A stretch of DNA of 64,000 bases from Macrostomum lignano (Eukaryota), in contig NIVC01000230.1 of assembly GCA_002269645.1 (NCBI GenBank), positions 744,001 through 808,000 on the forward strand, read 5' to 3'. Both the position numbers and the translations under genes were made by a program. Under the pieces are notes generated by a model. That model ran no database searches, was not told the DNA's origin, and saw only the letters and a program-made list of their open reading frames with translations. This document shows positions 12,901-24,357 of this stretch, piece after piece (the first letter of the stretch is position 1; each line of letters opens with the position of its first letter).

Positions 12901-15900
12901 TCCAGAGCCTTCACGACGACCTCATCCTGGACCAGCTGATCTTCGGCACTTCATCAGCGAAGGTGCGCGAACGCCTCCTGCTAGAGCAAGAGCTCACCCT
13001 GGACGGAGCAATCCAGATTGCCGCCCAGGTGGAAAAAGCTATCCAGAGTGAGAAGTCCTTGACCGGCAAGAATGCAGCTGACGACGGCATCAGGAAGATC
13101 AACGCCAAGAGAGCTCCGACTGGCACCAGAGGCCAGGCAGCGCGACCACCGCAAGAGCCCTGCTGCTCGCACTGCGGTAAGCCGGGCCACCGCACAGGCA
13201 GCGACCCGCGCTGCGCTGCCCGTGGCAAAGCGTGTAAGAAGTGCGGGAAGCTTAACCACTTCGCCAGCGTGTGCAAGAGCAGCACCACGGCACCGCACTC
13301 GGCTCAGAAGAAGGTTCAATGCGTCGACTTCGACAGCTCCGCTCAGCAAAGCATCTTCGCCGTCAGCACGGACAAGAAGGGCGAGTACAAGAGAGCCAGC
13401 GTCAGGATCAACGGGTTCAGCACTCCGCTGTTGGTGGACACAGCTGCCAAGGTCTCCATCATCAACATGCAGACCTGCAGGAAGATTTTCGGACCCAAGG
13501 TCCCCCTGCGACCGTCGGAGAGACATCTCGTGTCGTACAACGGCTCCAGCATCAGCGTCGCCGGCGAGGTCGACGCCACGGTCGAGTTCGACTGCGTCCA
13601 GCTCCCGTCGTTCACCTTCACCGTCGTCATGGACGGCGATGACCTGATGGGAATCGACCTGATGGACAAGTTGAACTGCAGAGTTCTCGGGCCTTCCGGA
13701 CATCAGATTGCTGCGGTCGAGTCCGAGGAGCCTCCGACCACGTCGATGCCCGAATGGATTCCAGCTAAGTACCACGCCTTGGGCACCGGACTCGGTGAGA
13801 TCAAAGGGTTCTGCCACCGTCCCAGAGTTAACCCAACTGTGCCTCCCGTAGCTCAGCGTCTGCGCCGACTGCCTCTAGCGCTGCGCCAGGAGTGCGACAG
13901 CGAGATTCAACGCTTGAAGGAAGAAGGCATCATCGAGCGAGTCGACGGCGACATCCCTGATTGGCAGTCCAACGTCACCTGTGCCCGCAAGGCCGATGGG
14001 AAGCTGCGCCTCTGCGTTGATCTGCGAAGCGTCAACAAGGCGATCATCCCGGACTCGATGTCACTGCCTACCTTCGCCGATCTGGTGACCGAATTCAACA
14101 ATTCGAAGTTTTTCTCAAGGATCGACCTCAACCAGTCGTATCTACAGCTGCCTCTGCACGATGACGCCAAGAATCTGACCTGCTTCCACACCGAATCCGG
14201 CCTCTACCGGTTCAGACAGATGCCGTTCGGCATCAGCTCGGCTCCGGCGGCCTTCCAGAAGGTCGTCGGCAAGATCCTCCAAGGCATCAGAGGCGTCGTT
14301 CACTACCAAGACGACATCGCCGTTCACGCCGCTACGGAAGCCGAGCATGAAAGTCGCGTACTTCAGGTACTGGACAAGCTGCTGCAGCATCGAGTAACCG
14401 TCAATCTCAAGAAGTGCACCTTCAAGGCGTCGGAGATCGAGTTCGTCGGACACCGCGTCAGCGCAGCGGGAATTCAACCTCTCCAGTCGCACACCGAGTC
14501 CGTATCGAAACTCAAGGCACCCACCAATACGGCAGAGTTGGCTTCATTCCTAGGCTTTGCAAAGTTCTTCCAGTTCTACATCAAGAACCTGTCTCACGTC
14601 GCCGAGCCGCTGACAGCGCTCCTGCGCAAGGACGCGCCATGGAACTGGGACGCGAAATGCGAGGCAGCCTTCAGTGAGGTGAAGCGGCTCATCTCATCAG
14701 CACCGTGCCTGAAGTTCTTCGACCAAGATCACGAAACCGTGGTCTCCTGCGACAGCAGCGACGTCGCCCTGGGCGCGACCCTGAGCCAAGTCGACGAGCA
14801 CGGACAGCTGCGGCCAGTCGCCTTCGCCTCGCGAGCCCTATCCGACACCGAGCGCCGCTACTCTGCGTCAGAGAAGGAGGCCTTGGCCTGCGTCTGGAGC
14901 TGCGAGCAATGGCACCTGCTGCTGTACGGTCGCAAGTTCAAGCTTCTTACCGACCATCAAGCACTGACGACCCTGCTGTCACCTCGAGGAGTCGGCCAAC
15001 GACCTCTTCGACTTCAGCGCTGGTGCGAGCGACTCTTCGTCTACGACTTCGACATCGAGTACGTCCCCGGCAAGCTCAACGTCCAGCCCGACTTTCTGTC
15101 TCGCTACGGCTACGACGGCAAGAGCGCAGCCAACGAGTCCAATGAGCAGCACCAGAGCGAGTCCGACATCAACCTGGTGCTGGCCAGAAGCGCCGAGCCG
15201 ATCTCAGTCACTCAACTGGCCGACGCAACCAAGAGCGACAACCAACTGCAGCGAGTCATCGGGTTTCTCATCAACGGATGGCCAGCCGAGGTTCCAGCCG
15301 ACCTGAAGGGCTTCCACCAGGTGCAACACGAGCTCTACCTGTGGAACGATGGTTGCTGCCTGGCGAGAGGCAGCCGAGCCGTCATCCCGACTGACCTCCG
15401 CGACCTTGTGCTGGCAGAGGCGCATCAAGGACATCTCGGCGTCGCCAAGGTCAAGGCGCGGTGCCGCGATATGGTCTGGTGGCCGCGCATCGACAGCGAC
15501 GTGGAGGCCTTCGTGCGGAACTGCAGTGCCTGCGTCCTGTCCGAGAAAGCGTTCAAGCCGATCAAGGTCCCATGGTCAACGACGGAGCTACCAGCGGGTC
15601 CATGGCAACAGCTGCAAGTCGATATCGTTGGAGAGCTGCCGGAAGCCAATGTGCCGCAGTCCCATCGATTCTTCATCGTCGTCCACGATCTCTACTCCAA
15701 GTGGCCTGAGATCATCGCATCTTCATCCGTGACTTCCGCTGCGTGTATCGAAGCCCTTCGCAGCCTGTTCGTCCGCTGGGGGCTTCCAGACGAAATTACC
15801 ACGGACAACGGACCTCAGTTTGTGTCAACCGAGTTCACGGACTTCCTCAGCTCGCTCGGCATCAAGCACCGTCGCACTCCGTTCTACTGTCCACAGCAGA

Positions 15901-18647
15901 AAGGCGGAGTCGAGAGATTCAACGGCTTCATCAAGACGTCACTGCGCGCACTACTCGCCGACGGTGTGCCAGTGAAGCACGCGGTTCAGGAGCTGCTGCT
16001 CGCGTATCGATCATCTGAGCACGCGCTGACCAAGAAGTCGCCGGCTGAACTGATGCTGGGACGGAAGCTCCGCCTGCCTCTCGATCGTCTTCAACCAGCA
16101 AGCACCGAGTCAACGACGGACCAGGAGCTGCGGCGCAGCGTCACGGAGCGACAGCAGCGGGCCAAGAGCCGCCGCCGGATGCGCAAGCGGAACCAGCCGC
16201 TGAAGGACGCAGCGTTGACTGTCGGGAGCCGCGTCCGCGTCCGCCGGCCGAGGCGCGGAAAGCTCAGCAGCGGCGTCTCCGAGCCACAGACAGTCGTCAG
16301 TCGCGAGGGCAACACCATCACTCTGACCGATGGCAGCCGCTGGCACATCAGCCGCTGCATCCTTGATGACCACCACGGCTGGGGTGACGGGGCCGACGAC
16401 ACAGAGGCTCTGCAACAGCCGGACGGCGGGAGACCAGAGGCGGCGCCACCGCCAACGCCACCGCTGCGCCGCTCTGAGAGACTTCGTGCACCGCCTCAAT
16501 GGTTCGGCAACGTTGTGACTCACGATTGACTGACTTGACTAACTGACTGCTCATGCACCGAAAACTGTTCCATTGACATTGCTTGCTTTAATGCGTCTGC
16601 TTATCCCACCCGTAATCTGTCACCTCTTTGCACGGGGAGATATGTTGTGAATGTGCATGCTCAATGCTATTATGTAACGTACGCGCATCGATGTACATCT
16701 AGCTCATATCAGTCAGATAATATATATTGGCCAGCTCACTGTAGCTGAGAGCCACCTCTCCTCTCCTTCGCCTTACGTGAATTGATTTCATTCATTTGGC
16801 CAGCGGCCACAACACTGAGAATTGAATGTAGTTAAACAAGTGAGGTAGCTTGGCAGCCTTCGTATTTATAAAAACGGTGGGAGCTAGGGTTAAATAAGAC
16901 TGGGCTTGAGCACTATAGTCTGCATGGTGTACGAGTAAAGCGAAGTTGATGAGCAAAGTACATTTGAAGTAATAAATAAAACCTTTCTCACATGCCTACT
17001 TCTCGCAGGCTTCAAGCCAGACATGTCTCTGGGCTTCAGAGCTCCGTTCATGCGCAAGACGCAAGCCCAGGTGTTCGGAGAGACGGTCTCGAAGGTCGAT
17101 CGTGACGCCACGCCATGCAGCAACGACCTGCCGAATGTCACCTACACAATGAACTACTCGTATCCGGGTAGCTTTGAGGATCAGAGCTTTTTTAGCACCT
17201 ACCAGGACTGCGTGATAAGACGGATGCAAATGGATTATAAAAGCACCTGCGGTTGTCTGGGCACGCACCTGCCATTGCCCAGCGACCTGCTTAACGACAC
17301 GGATGTGTGCCATCGACTGCCAGAGGAGGTGAGAGCATCGAACACGGGTGCTAATTGCTTTACCTTGGCGACCCGAATCTTAAGAGACTCGTTAACCGAT
17401 CCTCTCTTACATTTCAGATGCTGATCAATTATAATATAAACTACCGAACTAACAAAAACAACTTCACAGAGTACATAATAAAGAACAAAACTCATAGTTA
17501 TTACCCACTGACGGATTACCTACAGGCCAACTGGGAAACACTTGACTTCAATCTCAGCAGAAGCTTATTCAGGTGCTACCACCGAGTGCTGCGCCGTCAC
17601 AAGACGCAGGGAGTCTCTGACAAGCACTGCCCAGTGCGCTGCACCAATACTCGCTACAGGGTCTACAGCACCATCACCTCCTGGCCAATGGACGTAAATC
17701 TTGCGTCGGAAATTGTCCGCGGCTACGTAAAAGACAACCTGGATCAGATTAGCGGCACAGATCTATTTAGAGACCGGCTACAATACATGTACGACAACCC
17801 AAATTTCACATTTAACGAAGTGCAAAGCCTGAGCGTGCTGGACCTGTACCCGATGTCTGTCAAGACGAGCGTCTTCACCGAATCGTTTGCCTATCCTCTG
17901 CGGAATTTGTTCTCGGATCTGGGCGGAATTCTCGGTGAGAGACTGTTTATTGCATGGAAACTCAAGACGTTTCAGCCAGTAGCTACTTGTACAAAAAGAT
18001 TTGGCCGCTATACTAACCGTTTTGGTGTAGCTATAGGAGCCTGCAGGCACAGAGTAGACCATTGCAGTCACAGTAAATTGCATGTATTCTATAACTTCAA
18101 AGGCAGGAACTCATCATTTTCTTCATTGATATTCTTTTAGACAGTGAGTCTGGAATGGTGCTGACTAAGTCACTAAGATTTTAATAATAATAAGGATGAA
18201 ATGAAAAATTTCTGAGCGCTGAGGAGACTACCTCGATTGAGTATTGCCTGAGTAGCTCGTACCTCACTCAACAAAGCAACTTACATACAGCTTTCGCATT
18301 CGCTTCATTTTACAGGCCTATGGGTTGGAGTGTCCATTGTGACCTTAATGGAATTTTTGGAGCTTTTAGTTCAACTGGCCCAGCTGATCACCAAGGGACT
18401 AGTTTCAGCATCAAAGAAATCAGGAAGTGCCCAGGATCAAGCTGAACAAAGTACCCAGAGAAGATCGCGACAAAGCATCTACACGGTCGAGATGGCTATG
18501 TACGACTCCAAACTGTTTGCTGAATCGTCTGAGAAGGCGTTAAGTTTTGCGCCACCATCAAATCTGTCGCCAATAGTGACTGAAGCCGACTTTGGCAAAG
18601 ACTACGTGAAGCACAAGTCATCAATACTGGAAAAGTTCTCGGTCTGA
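9961..18647 (+). CDS. DEG/ENaC family sodium channel, paralog B, 640 aa; exons 9961-10300, 10556-10808, 10912-11072, 17009-17328, 17418-17934, 18316-18647
   Basis: Exons sum to 1923 nt (641 codons) with canonical splice sites. N-terminal HG gating motif (FAQQTTAHGF), TM1, FPSVTICPIN, thumb cysteines and TM2 LGGILGLWVGVS are present. Confidence 0.95.
12187..12358 (+). repeat. 5' LTR (172 bp)
   Basis: Identical to the 3' LTR except T12319 versus A16775. Confidence 0.97.
12489..16529 (+). CDS. Gag-Pol polyprotein, 1346 aa from the first ATG
   Basis: Uninterrupted ORF with zinc knuckles (CSHCGKPGH, CKKCGKLNHFASVC), protease LLVDTAA, RT HYQDD, RNase H SCDSS...EKEALAC, and integrase HHCC plus DDE (QVDIVG, TTDNGPQF, GVERFN). 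No chromodomain. Confidence 0.96.
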   Translation: MSSSDNATAPALRLNLREPPPFLDNPGTPVVSWETWAAEFDTYLLASGVDGLQEARKIALLVHCLGREGVRVYRTLIKSPAEAPATLKAACKLLKEHFQPTVSVYAKRHDFRKCVQRSGEGVHAFVANLRHAARDCEFQSLHDDLILDQLIFGTSSAKVRERLLLEQELTLDGAIQIAAQVEKAIQSEKSLTGKNAADDGIRKINAKRAPTGTRGQAARPPQEPCCSHCGKPGHRTGSDPRCAARGKACKKCGKLNHFASVCKSSTTAPHSAQKKVQCVDFDSSAQQSIFAVSTDKKGEYKRASVRINGFSTPLLVDTAAKVSIINMQTCRKIFGPKVPLRPSERHLVSYNGSSISVAGEVDATVEFDCVQLPSFTFTVVMDGDDLMGIDLMDKLNCRVLGPSGHQIAAVESEEPPTTSMPEWIPAKYHALGTGLGEIKGFCHRPRVNPTVPPVAQRLRRLPLALRQECDSEIQRLKEEGIIERVDGDIPDWQSNVTCARKADGKLRLCVDLRSVNKAIIPDSMSLPTFADLVTEFNNSKFFSRIDLNQSYLQLPLHDDAKNLTCFHTESGLYRFRQMPFGISSAPAAFQKVVGKILQGIRGVVHYQDDIAVHAATEAEHESRVLQVLDKLLQHRVTVNLKKCTFKASEIEFVGHRVSAAGIQPLQSHTESVSKLKAPTNTAELASFLGFAKFFQFYIKNLSHVAEPLTALLRKDAPWNWDAKCEAAFSEVKRLISSAPCLKFFDQDHETVVSCDSSDVALGATLSQVDEHGQLRPVAFASRALSDTERRYSASEKEALACVWSCEQWHLLLYGRKFKLLTDHQALTTLLSPRGVGQRPLRLQRWCERLFVYDFDIEYVPGKLNVQPDFLSRYGYDGKSAANESNEQHQSESDINLVLARSAEPISVTQLADATKSDNQLQRVIGFLINGWPAEVPADLKGFHQVQHELYLWNDGCCLARGSRAVIPTDLRDLVLAEAHQGHLGVAKVKARCRDMVWWPRIDSDVEAFVRNCSACVLSEKAFKPIKVPWSTTELPAGPWQQLQVDIVGELPEANVPQSHRFFIVVHDLYSKWPEIIASSSVTSAACIEALRSLFVRWGLPDEITTDNGPQFVSTEFTDFLSSLGIKHRRTPFYCPQQKGGVERFNGFIKTSLRALLADGVPVKHAVQELLLAYRSSEHALTKKSPAELMLGRKLRLPLDRLQPASTESTTDQELRRSVTERQQRAKSRRRMRKRNQPLKDAALTVGSRVRVRRPRRGKLSSGVSEPQTVVSREGNTITLTDGSRWHISRCILDDHHGWGDGADDTEALQQPDGGRPEAAPPPTPPLRRSERLRAPPQWFGNVVTHD
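16643..16814 (+). repeat. 3' LTR (172 bp)
   Basis: Direct repeat of 12187-12358. Confidence 0.97.
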
Positions 18648-19729
18648 CTGAAGGGCGTTGCTTTTAGGCAATGTGAAAAACGGACAAAATTGTAATGTGA
18701 CTGCATGGCTAAGGACTGTTGGTCATTGTCAGAACAAAGCTCGTATTTTGGCTGAATTGTAAGTTAAACTCATTATTGCGTAAAATGTGAATCATGAATT
18801 AGATGCACACATTGATTACCAGTACAAAATTCAGACTTTCGCCGACGTAATTCAAGCGTCGATATGAGTTAGAGGTTGGTATTTTACATTTCGCAGACGG
18901 ATTCCATGGACATTCGAAAACTCTTAACTTTCTACTTATTTGGCAAATTATTAATTATTCCTTTCTTCGCCGCCATTAGTTGCAATGCAGAAAGTGGTCA
19001 TTTTCTAACTGACGTCGCTGAAGTGTCTGCTGAACTCGAATTGTTGTTTGGGTTACCTGACTAAACATTTTGAAGTTTTTCCTTTCTGAGTTCACTGTTT
19101 TCAACATTCTTAAATGTTTATTTTTTATGAATGATGCATTATAGCATTCCTAGCATGTTCTTTGAACTTAAACGTTCATTGAACTTAAACAATTGTCTGT
19201 AGATGTGTTTGTTTTTGTCAATAAGTCAGGGAATTCAATTATTTATCATTTTTAACACAACTGTTCGATAGAAGCTCTAGTTTTGCAAATAAATCCGTGA
19301 AATCTAAAGAATGACTAAAATCTAAATCCTAAAAAGTCTAAGATTCACCGACAATTAATGCTCCTTGGGTCTGCTCTTGCAATTGACATCCTAGAGGGCC
19401 AACCATGGATCTTATGTTCTATAGATCGTATATATGATCTTTGGGGCCACCCCCCAAAGCACATTGAAGTGTACATGCCTGAAGCGAAACCGACATTCTA
19501 TGTTTGGGATCGAGCAAAAAAGTGACTACTTTTTATAGAGTGACACATCTAGTTTTTTTGGGATCTATGCTATAGGCTATGTTGCAAGCTAAAGGATATT
19601 TTAACTTATTTAGTTATTAGCGCCTAGAACGGGCGATGCGTGAAAAGAGCTGTTATTGAGAGATGATACTGAGACCACAGCCAGATAAACTGAGACAGTC
19701 AACAAGAAAGAACCTAGCAAAGTAGAAAG

Positions 19730-20550
19730 CATGCACTGAGACACTGAACCACCCCTAGCAACCCCAGCTGGCAAACATCTAGACACTAAACCCCTAGCTA
19801 CCCCAGCTGGCAAACATCTACAGACACTGAAGTACCCTAGCAACCCCAGCTGTTAAACATCTACAGACACTGAACCACCCTAGCAACCCCAGCTGTTAAA
19901 CATCTACAGACACTAAAGTACCCTAGCAACCCCAGCTGGCAAACATCTACAGACACTAAGCCCCTAGCAACCCCAGCTGGTAAACATCTACAGACACTGA
20001 AACTCCTAGCAACCCCAGCTGGTAAACATCTACAGACACTGAAACTCCTAGCAACTTCAGCTGGCAAACATCTACAGACACTAAGCCCCTCGCAACTTCA
20101 GCTGGCAAACATCTACAGACACTGAAACTCCTCGCAACTTCAGCTGGCAAACATCTACAGACACTAAGCCCCTAGCAACCCCAGCTGGTAAACATCTACA
20201 GACACTGAGACCCTAGCAACCCCAGTTGGTAAACATCTACAGACACTGAAGCCCTAGCAACCCCAGCTGGTAAACATCTACAGACACTGAAGTCCTAGCA
20301 ACCCCAGCTGGTGAACATCTACAGACACTGAACCACCCTAGCAACCCCAGCTGGTAAACATCTACAGACACTGAAGCCCTAGCAACCCCAGCTGTTAAAC
20401 ATCTACAGACACTGAACCACCCTAGCAACCCCAGCTGGCAAACATCTACAGACACTGAACCACCCTGGAAACCCCAGCTGGCAAACATCTACAGACACTG
20501 AACCACCCTAGCAACCCCAGCTGGCAGACATCTACAGACACTGAACCCCT
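19730..20550. repeat. About 41-43-bp minisatellite (ACCCCAGCTGGCAAACATCTACAGACACTGAACCACCCTAGCA)
   Basis: About 19 tandem copies read directly. Confidence 0.95.
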
Positions 20551-20898
20551 GTAGAAATTCAACCTAGCAAAGATCCTCAGGCACTGAATTGCCTCATGCA
20601 AACCCGTCCATCGAGCTGGCAGAAGCACCTGAAACTATAAACATCGCATCAATCTAAATAATTTTATTACGATTCCCTAAAAAAATAACGCATCTTTAAA
20701 AAAACTAAGAAGAAAACAAGCATTTCAGATTATTATTTAAATCCAGAGTCGCCAACACGATCTACGTCGTAATCAGATGTCTAAATTTGTACTTTATTAA
20801 ACTGCCAACAAAAAACCAAGCTTATCCATCCCAAATGACAAAAGCTAAACTTTCAGACGCAGTTCGGCATTACTCTCCTCTCCAAATGAAACTGGAAC

Positions 20899-21066
20899 TC
20901 AGTCCTTCTTGAACCCGATAGTCTCGGCGTACTGTCTGAAGCACTGACGACAGACGCTCAGGCCGTATTTGCGAATAATACCGTGTCTGTTTGAGCACAC
21001 GCGGCAGCAGCGACTGCCGGGGCCATACTTTTTTGGATGCGCGTGCCAGATTGTGGAGAAGGGCAT
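20899..21066 (-). CDS. RPS29: 40S ribosomal protein S29 (uS14), 55 aa, no intron in the CDS
   Basis: Manual translation: [55 protein letters not shown], with the CxxC...CxxC zinc site and the RKYGL and CFRQYA motifs of RPS29. A TTTTTTCCAG acceptor lies about 30 nt upstream of the ATG and AATAAA (plus-strand 20793-20798) about 100 nt downstream of the stop. Below the ORF-track length cut-off. Confidence 0.93.
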   Translation of the reverse strand: MPFSTIWHAHPKKYGPGSRCCRVCSNRHGIIRKYGLSVCRQCFRQYAETIGFKKD

Positions 21067-22649
21067 TGTTCTGGATTTTGTGTCTGTAACAGCTTTGTCT
21101 GGAAAAAATAATTTGATTAATACTGAGCTAATTTATATTCAGTATAAATAGTTAAATGGTAGCCTGAAACTTTCCAAAGGATTCATATAGCCATATTTTA
21201 TCTAATTAAGACTTTATGGAATCTCTACCTTAGCCATAATTTGCTCTGAGTCTCTGACCCACAGAAGTTGCAGGAGTTTGCAGACTATTATTAACAGATT
21301 AATCTAATCATACTATAATCATATTCATTGTATACCAGTTACTAGAAATTCACATTTGTGTACAGCAACAAAAATTTTTTTTAGACTTCACATTGACCAA
21401 GATAATAGGATAGACAGTTTATCCTTTTAAAATAAATCATCAGATTGTAATGCAAAATATAAAACTATGAACTAAATAATACAAACCTAGGTAAAATATT
21501 GTAGCAATTTGGCATTAGGGGTACAAATTTAAGATACCAAAATAAAATTTACTATAATAAGCCTAACATTACTATGACATAAAAAACCTATGAGTACATG
21601 AGAAAACAATTTAGAATTAGAAGGCACTTATACACAAACTGGTTATACAAAAACTAGGTCAAGTCATTGCACATTGTCTTTTTATTGTTTAGCTTCATAA
21701 TCAATCACTGTACATGCAACCATTCACCATGGTATCACTAGGCTAACACAAAGTCAAAAAGTAATGTTTACTTCATTCTTACAAAAAGTGAACATACATG
21801 TATTATCCAATGTTCAAAAATATGAATTGTAATTGATATTCCTTAAAAACACAAAATATTCTACTCTCACTATTGATAAGATTTGTTTCATAATTGTCAT
21901 TAATACTTGACCATAGATATCTGCATTTTTTATTCTTACTTAACATGTTCAAGATTTTACCCTAAAACTTAGAGTCAACAAACAATAGCTCTTACTAGTA
22001 GACATAATCCTTTTTTATTAGCCTAAACTAGAGTCTTATTATGCAAATTGCATTATTCATAGTTGAGATATAAAAACCAATATTACCAAAGTCTAGTATG
22101 CATGATCTTTTGGGCTACAAAAGATAAAAAAGCTGATACTGACCTAGTCAGGTTGTTATTTCTAGGAAAATGCAGTCCTGCTTTAAAAAAATTCTTCTAT
22201 ATACATTTTAAGTGTTTTATATTGTTAACCAAATCAAATACTTATTCTCAATGAAAAAAAAATTGTTGCTAACTATGAACATAAATGCAATGAAAATGGC
22301 AATTTTATCATGCTGGGGCCTTGTCTTCGAGAGTCATTTAGCAACATTACAAAGTTTTTATCCTTAGCACTAGTAAGCAAATTATTTTGAATGCTTAATA
22401 CTAGGGATTTTTAAATTAAATATTATGGTTCAAATTCAATTGGCAGGTTTATAGAACAAAAGAAATAATAATTTTTGTTATAACCTATTTATTAGTATAA
22501 TGATTAGGCCTATATAATTGCAATGTTTAACTTACAGGTCTAGTGCAAAGTAAAGAGTAAGAGTCATAATTTACAAAGGAGATCATCAAGAAGTGGCTTC
22601 TTATTGGGATAAAGCAGGGGTTAGCAACTTTTTTTCCTCAAAGGCCAGA

Positions 22650-22910
22650 TAAAAAACCTAGCATATGATTACAGGCCAAAGGAAAGAGAAAATAGGAAAG
22701 AGAGATAAGAGAATAGAAAACTGAGGGAATAAAGAAGAAAGAAAAGAAAGAAGAGAATAGGCCTAAAAGAGAAGAAAAAAAGAAAAGAAATAAAAAGAGA
22801 AGAAAAATACAAAAAAGAAAAGGAAAAAGGAAAAAAGAAAATAAAGAGAAGAGAGAATAGAAAGGGGAAAAGAAAGGAAGAAAATAAAGAGTAGAAAAGA
22901 GAAGACACAA
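22650..22910. repeat. Purine-rich (A/G) low-complexity tract
   Basis: GAAAA/AGAG runs; explains the F/L/S-rich minus-strand ORFs. Confidence 0.85.
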
Positions 22911-23444
22911 ACCTTAATTAGGCTGGATTGCTATTAAGAAGTTTTAGAGGACCCAAAGGCCTGATTAAAAGGCTTTGCAAACCACATATGGCTTATGAGT
23001 TGGAGTTTGCTGCCTTTTGGTGAAAAGGATATCAACTTTTTAATTTTAAAGATAAAAAAATAACTTTTCACTAAAACTAGATAAAAGGAAAATTTGAATA
23101 ATATTTTTTTGTTGAAGATCATCTTCATTCTTTAGTTTAGCATAAATTGTCAAAATATTAAGGAGCTAAAATATACATTCTAGATTTTTTAATTCTTAGA
23201 ATATTCTTAAAAGAAAATTGCAATTGTTAGGCTTTAAGCTCAAGTTTTTTATATAACCTACTAAATAATAATAAGCCTCGTTGATAGTTGTTTATGTCAG
23301 TCTATTTGTCTGCTGCCAGTTTGCCATTTTTTGTTTGCAAAAATATAATAATGAACTTATATTTTATTTAATAACCAAATAGAGTAATATTTACTAATAC
23401 TAACAATTAATAATTAATATTCAAAGTATAAATATATCTAAAAT

Positions 23445-24357
23445 ATTCCTTTTTGTGGCCTATAGTTGGTACTGCAAGCTTTTAATTTAATCATAGATAC
23501 AGAAACCAGGCTTGCAAGACAGAAAAGTTTCTGTCTATGGTTGACACTCATTGGCATAGCAAAGTTTAATTTAATCCTGGGGGCATCAATTTGATCATTC
23601 TATGCATTCAATGCACATTTTTACTGTTAGCAAAACAAACTTGTTTTTACATCATATGATCTTCGGACAGACTATAATGGCAGTCAGGTTCCAGATGTTC
23701 ATCTAAGATTTGGTGCAAAGTGTGATGAGTTGTGGTGATGTACTTAATGGCAAAAAGTCTGTGTGATCATGGATAATGTCCATTTTCATCATGGAGTGAC
23801 AATCCCAGATCAATTTCAGCCTGCTTGGTGCCTGGTGACATTGACTCCATACTTGCCATTCTTCAATCCTGTGGAAAACGCGCACACCTGCCTGAAGGCA
23901 GCCATAAAATGCCAGCTGGCTCAACCACAACTGCAAGAAGAGCTAGACACTCTGCCTAATGGTCATTTGCTATAAGAGTGGCAAATCCTTGTCCTACAGA
24001 GGAGTGCAGAGGACACAACCCGTGAAGTTACCATTGCAAAATGCGAGGCTGGTACCGGCAGATTCTGAGATTTATTTCAGCTTGACTTGACGACATCCAA
24101 TGCTAAAGCTTTTATTTGTTTATTTTATTGTTCTGTTTTAGATTTTCTCAATGATAAGTAAATGACTTGTGTTATAGCACTGGATATCTAACATTATATG
24201 ATTAGAAAGATCAAATTGATCCCCCAGGATTAAATTGAAATCCGCTATACCAATGAGTGTCAACCATAAACAGAAAATTTTTAGTCTTGCAAGCCTGATT
24301 TCTGTATCTATGATTAAATTTAAAGCTTGCAATACCAACTAGGCCACAAAAAGGAAT
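23445..24357 (+). mobile_element. Internally deleted Tc1/mariner (IS630-Tc1, DDE_3) transposon relic with about 175-bp imperfect TIRs
   Basis: 23445-about 23620 is an inverted copy of about 24190-24357 (ATTCCTTTTTGTGGCC...GGCCACAAAAAGGAAT) with TA at both outer ends. The internal fragment IMDNVHFHH...LTPYLPFFNPVENAH resembles the MDNA...LPPYSPxLNPIE motif. Confidence 0.8.

Larger units (their letters stand above)
12187..16814 (+). mobile_element. Full-length Ty3/Gypsy LTR retrotransposon (Mag-like organisation) in intron 3 of paralog B, sense orientation
   Basis: LTRs at 12187-12358 and 16643-16814 with TGTTG...CAACA termini. 5-bp TSD CTGAG at 12182-12186 and 16815-16819. Purine tract GGGGAGA just before the 3' LTR. 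Single gag-pol ORF with PR-RT-RH-IN order. Confidence 0.97.

Noticed and set aside
12627-16554. Many overlapping 60-280 aa ORFs around gag-pol
   Set aside because: Shadow frames of GC-rich coding sequence with no motifs.
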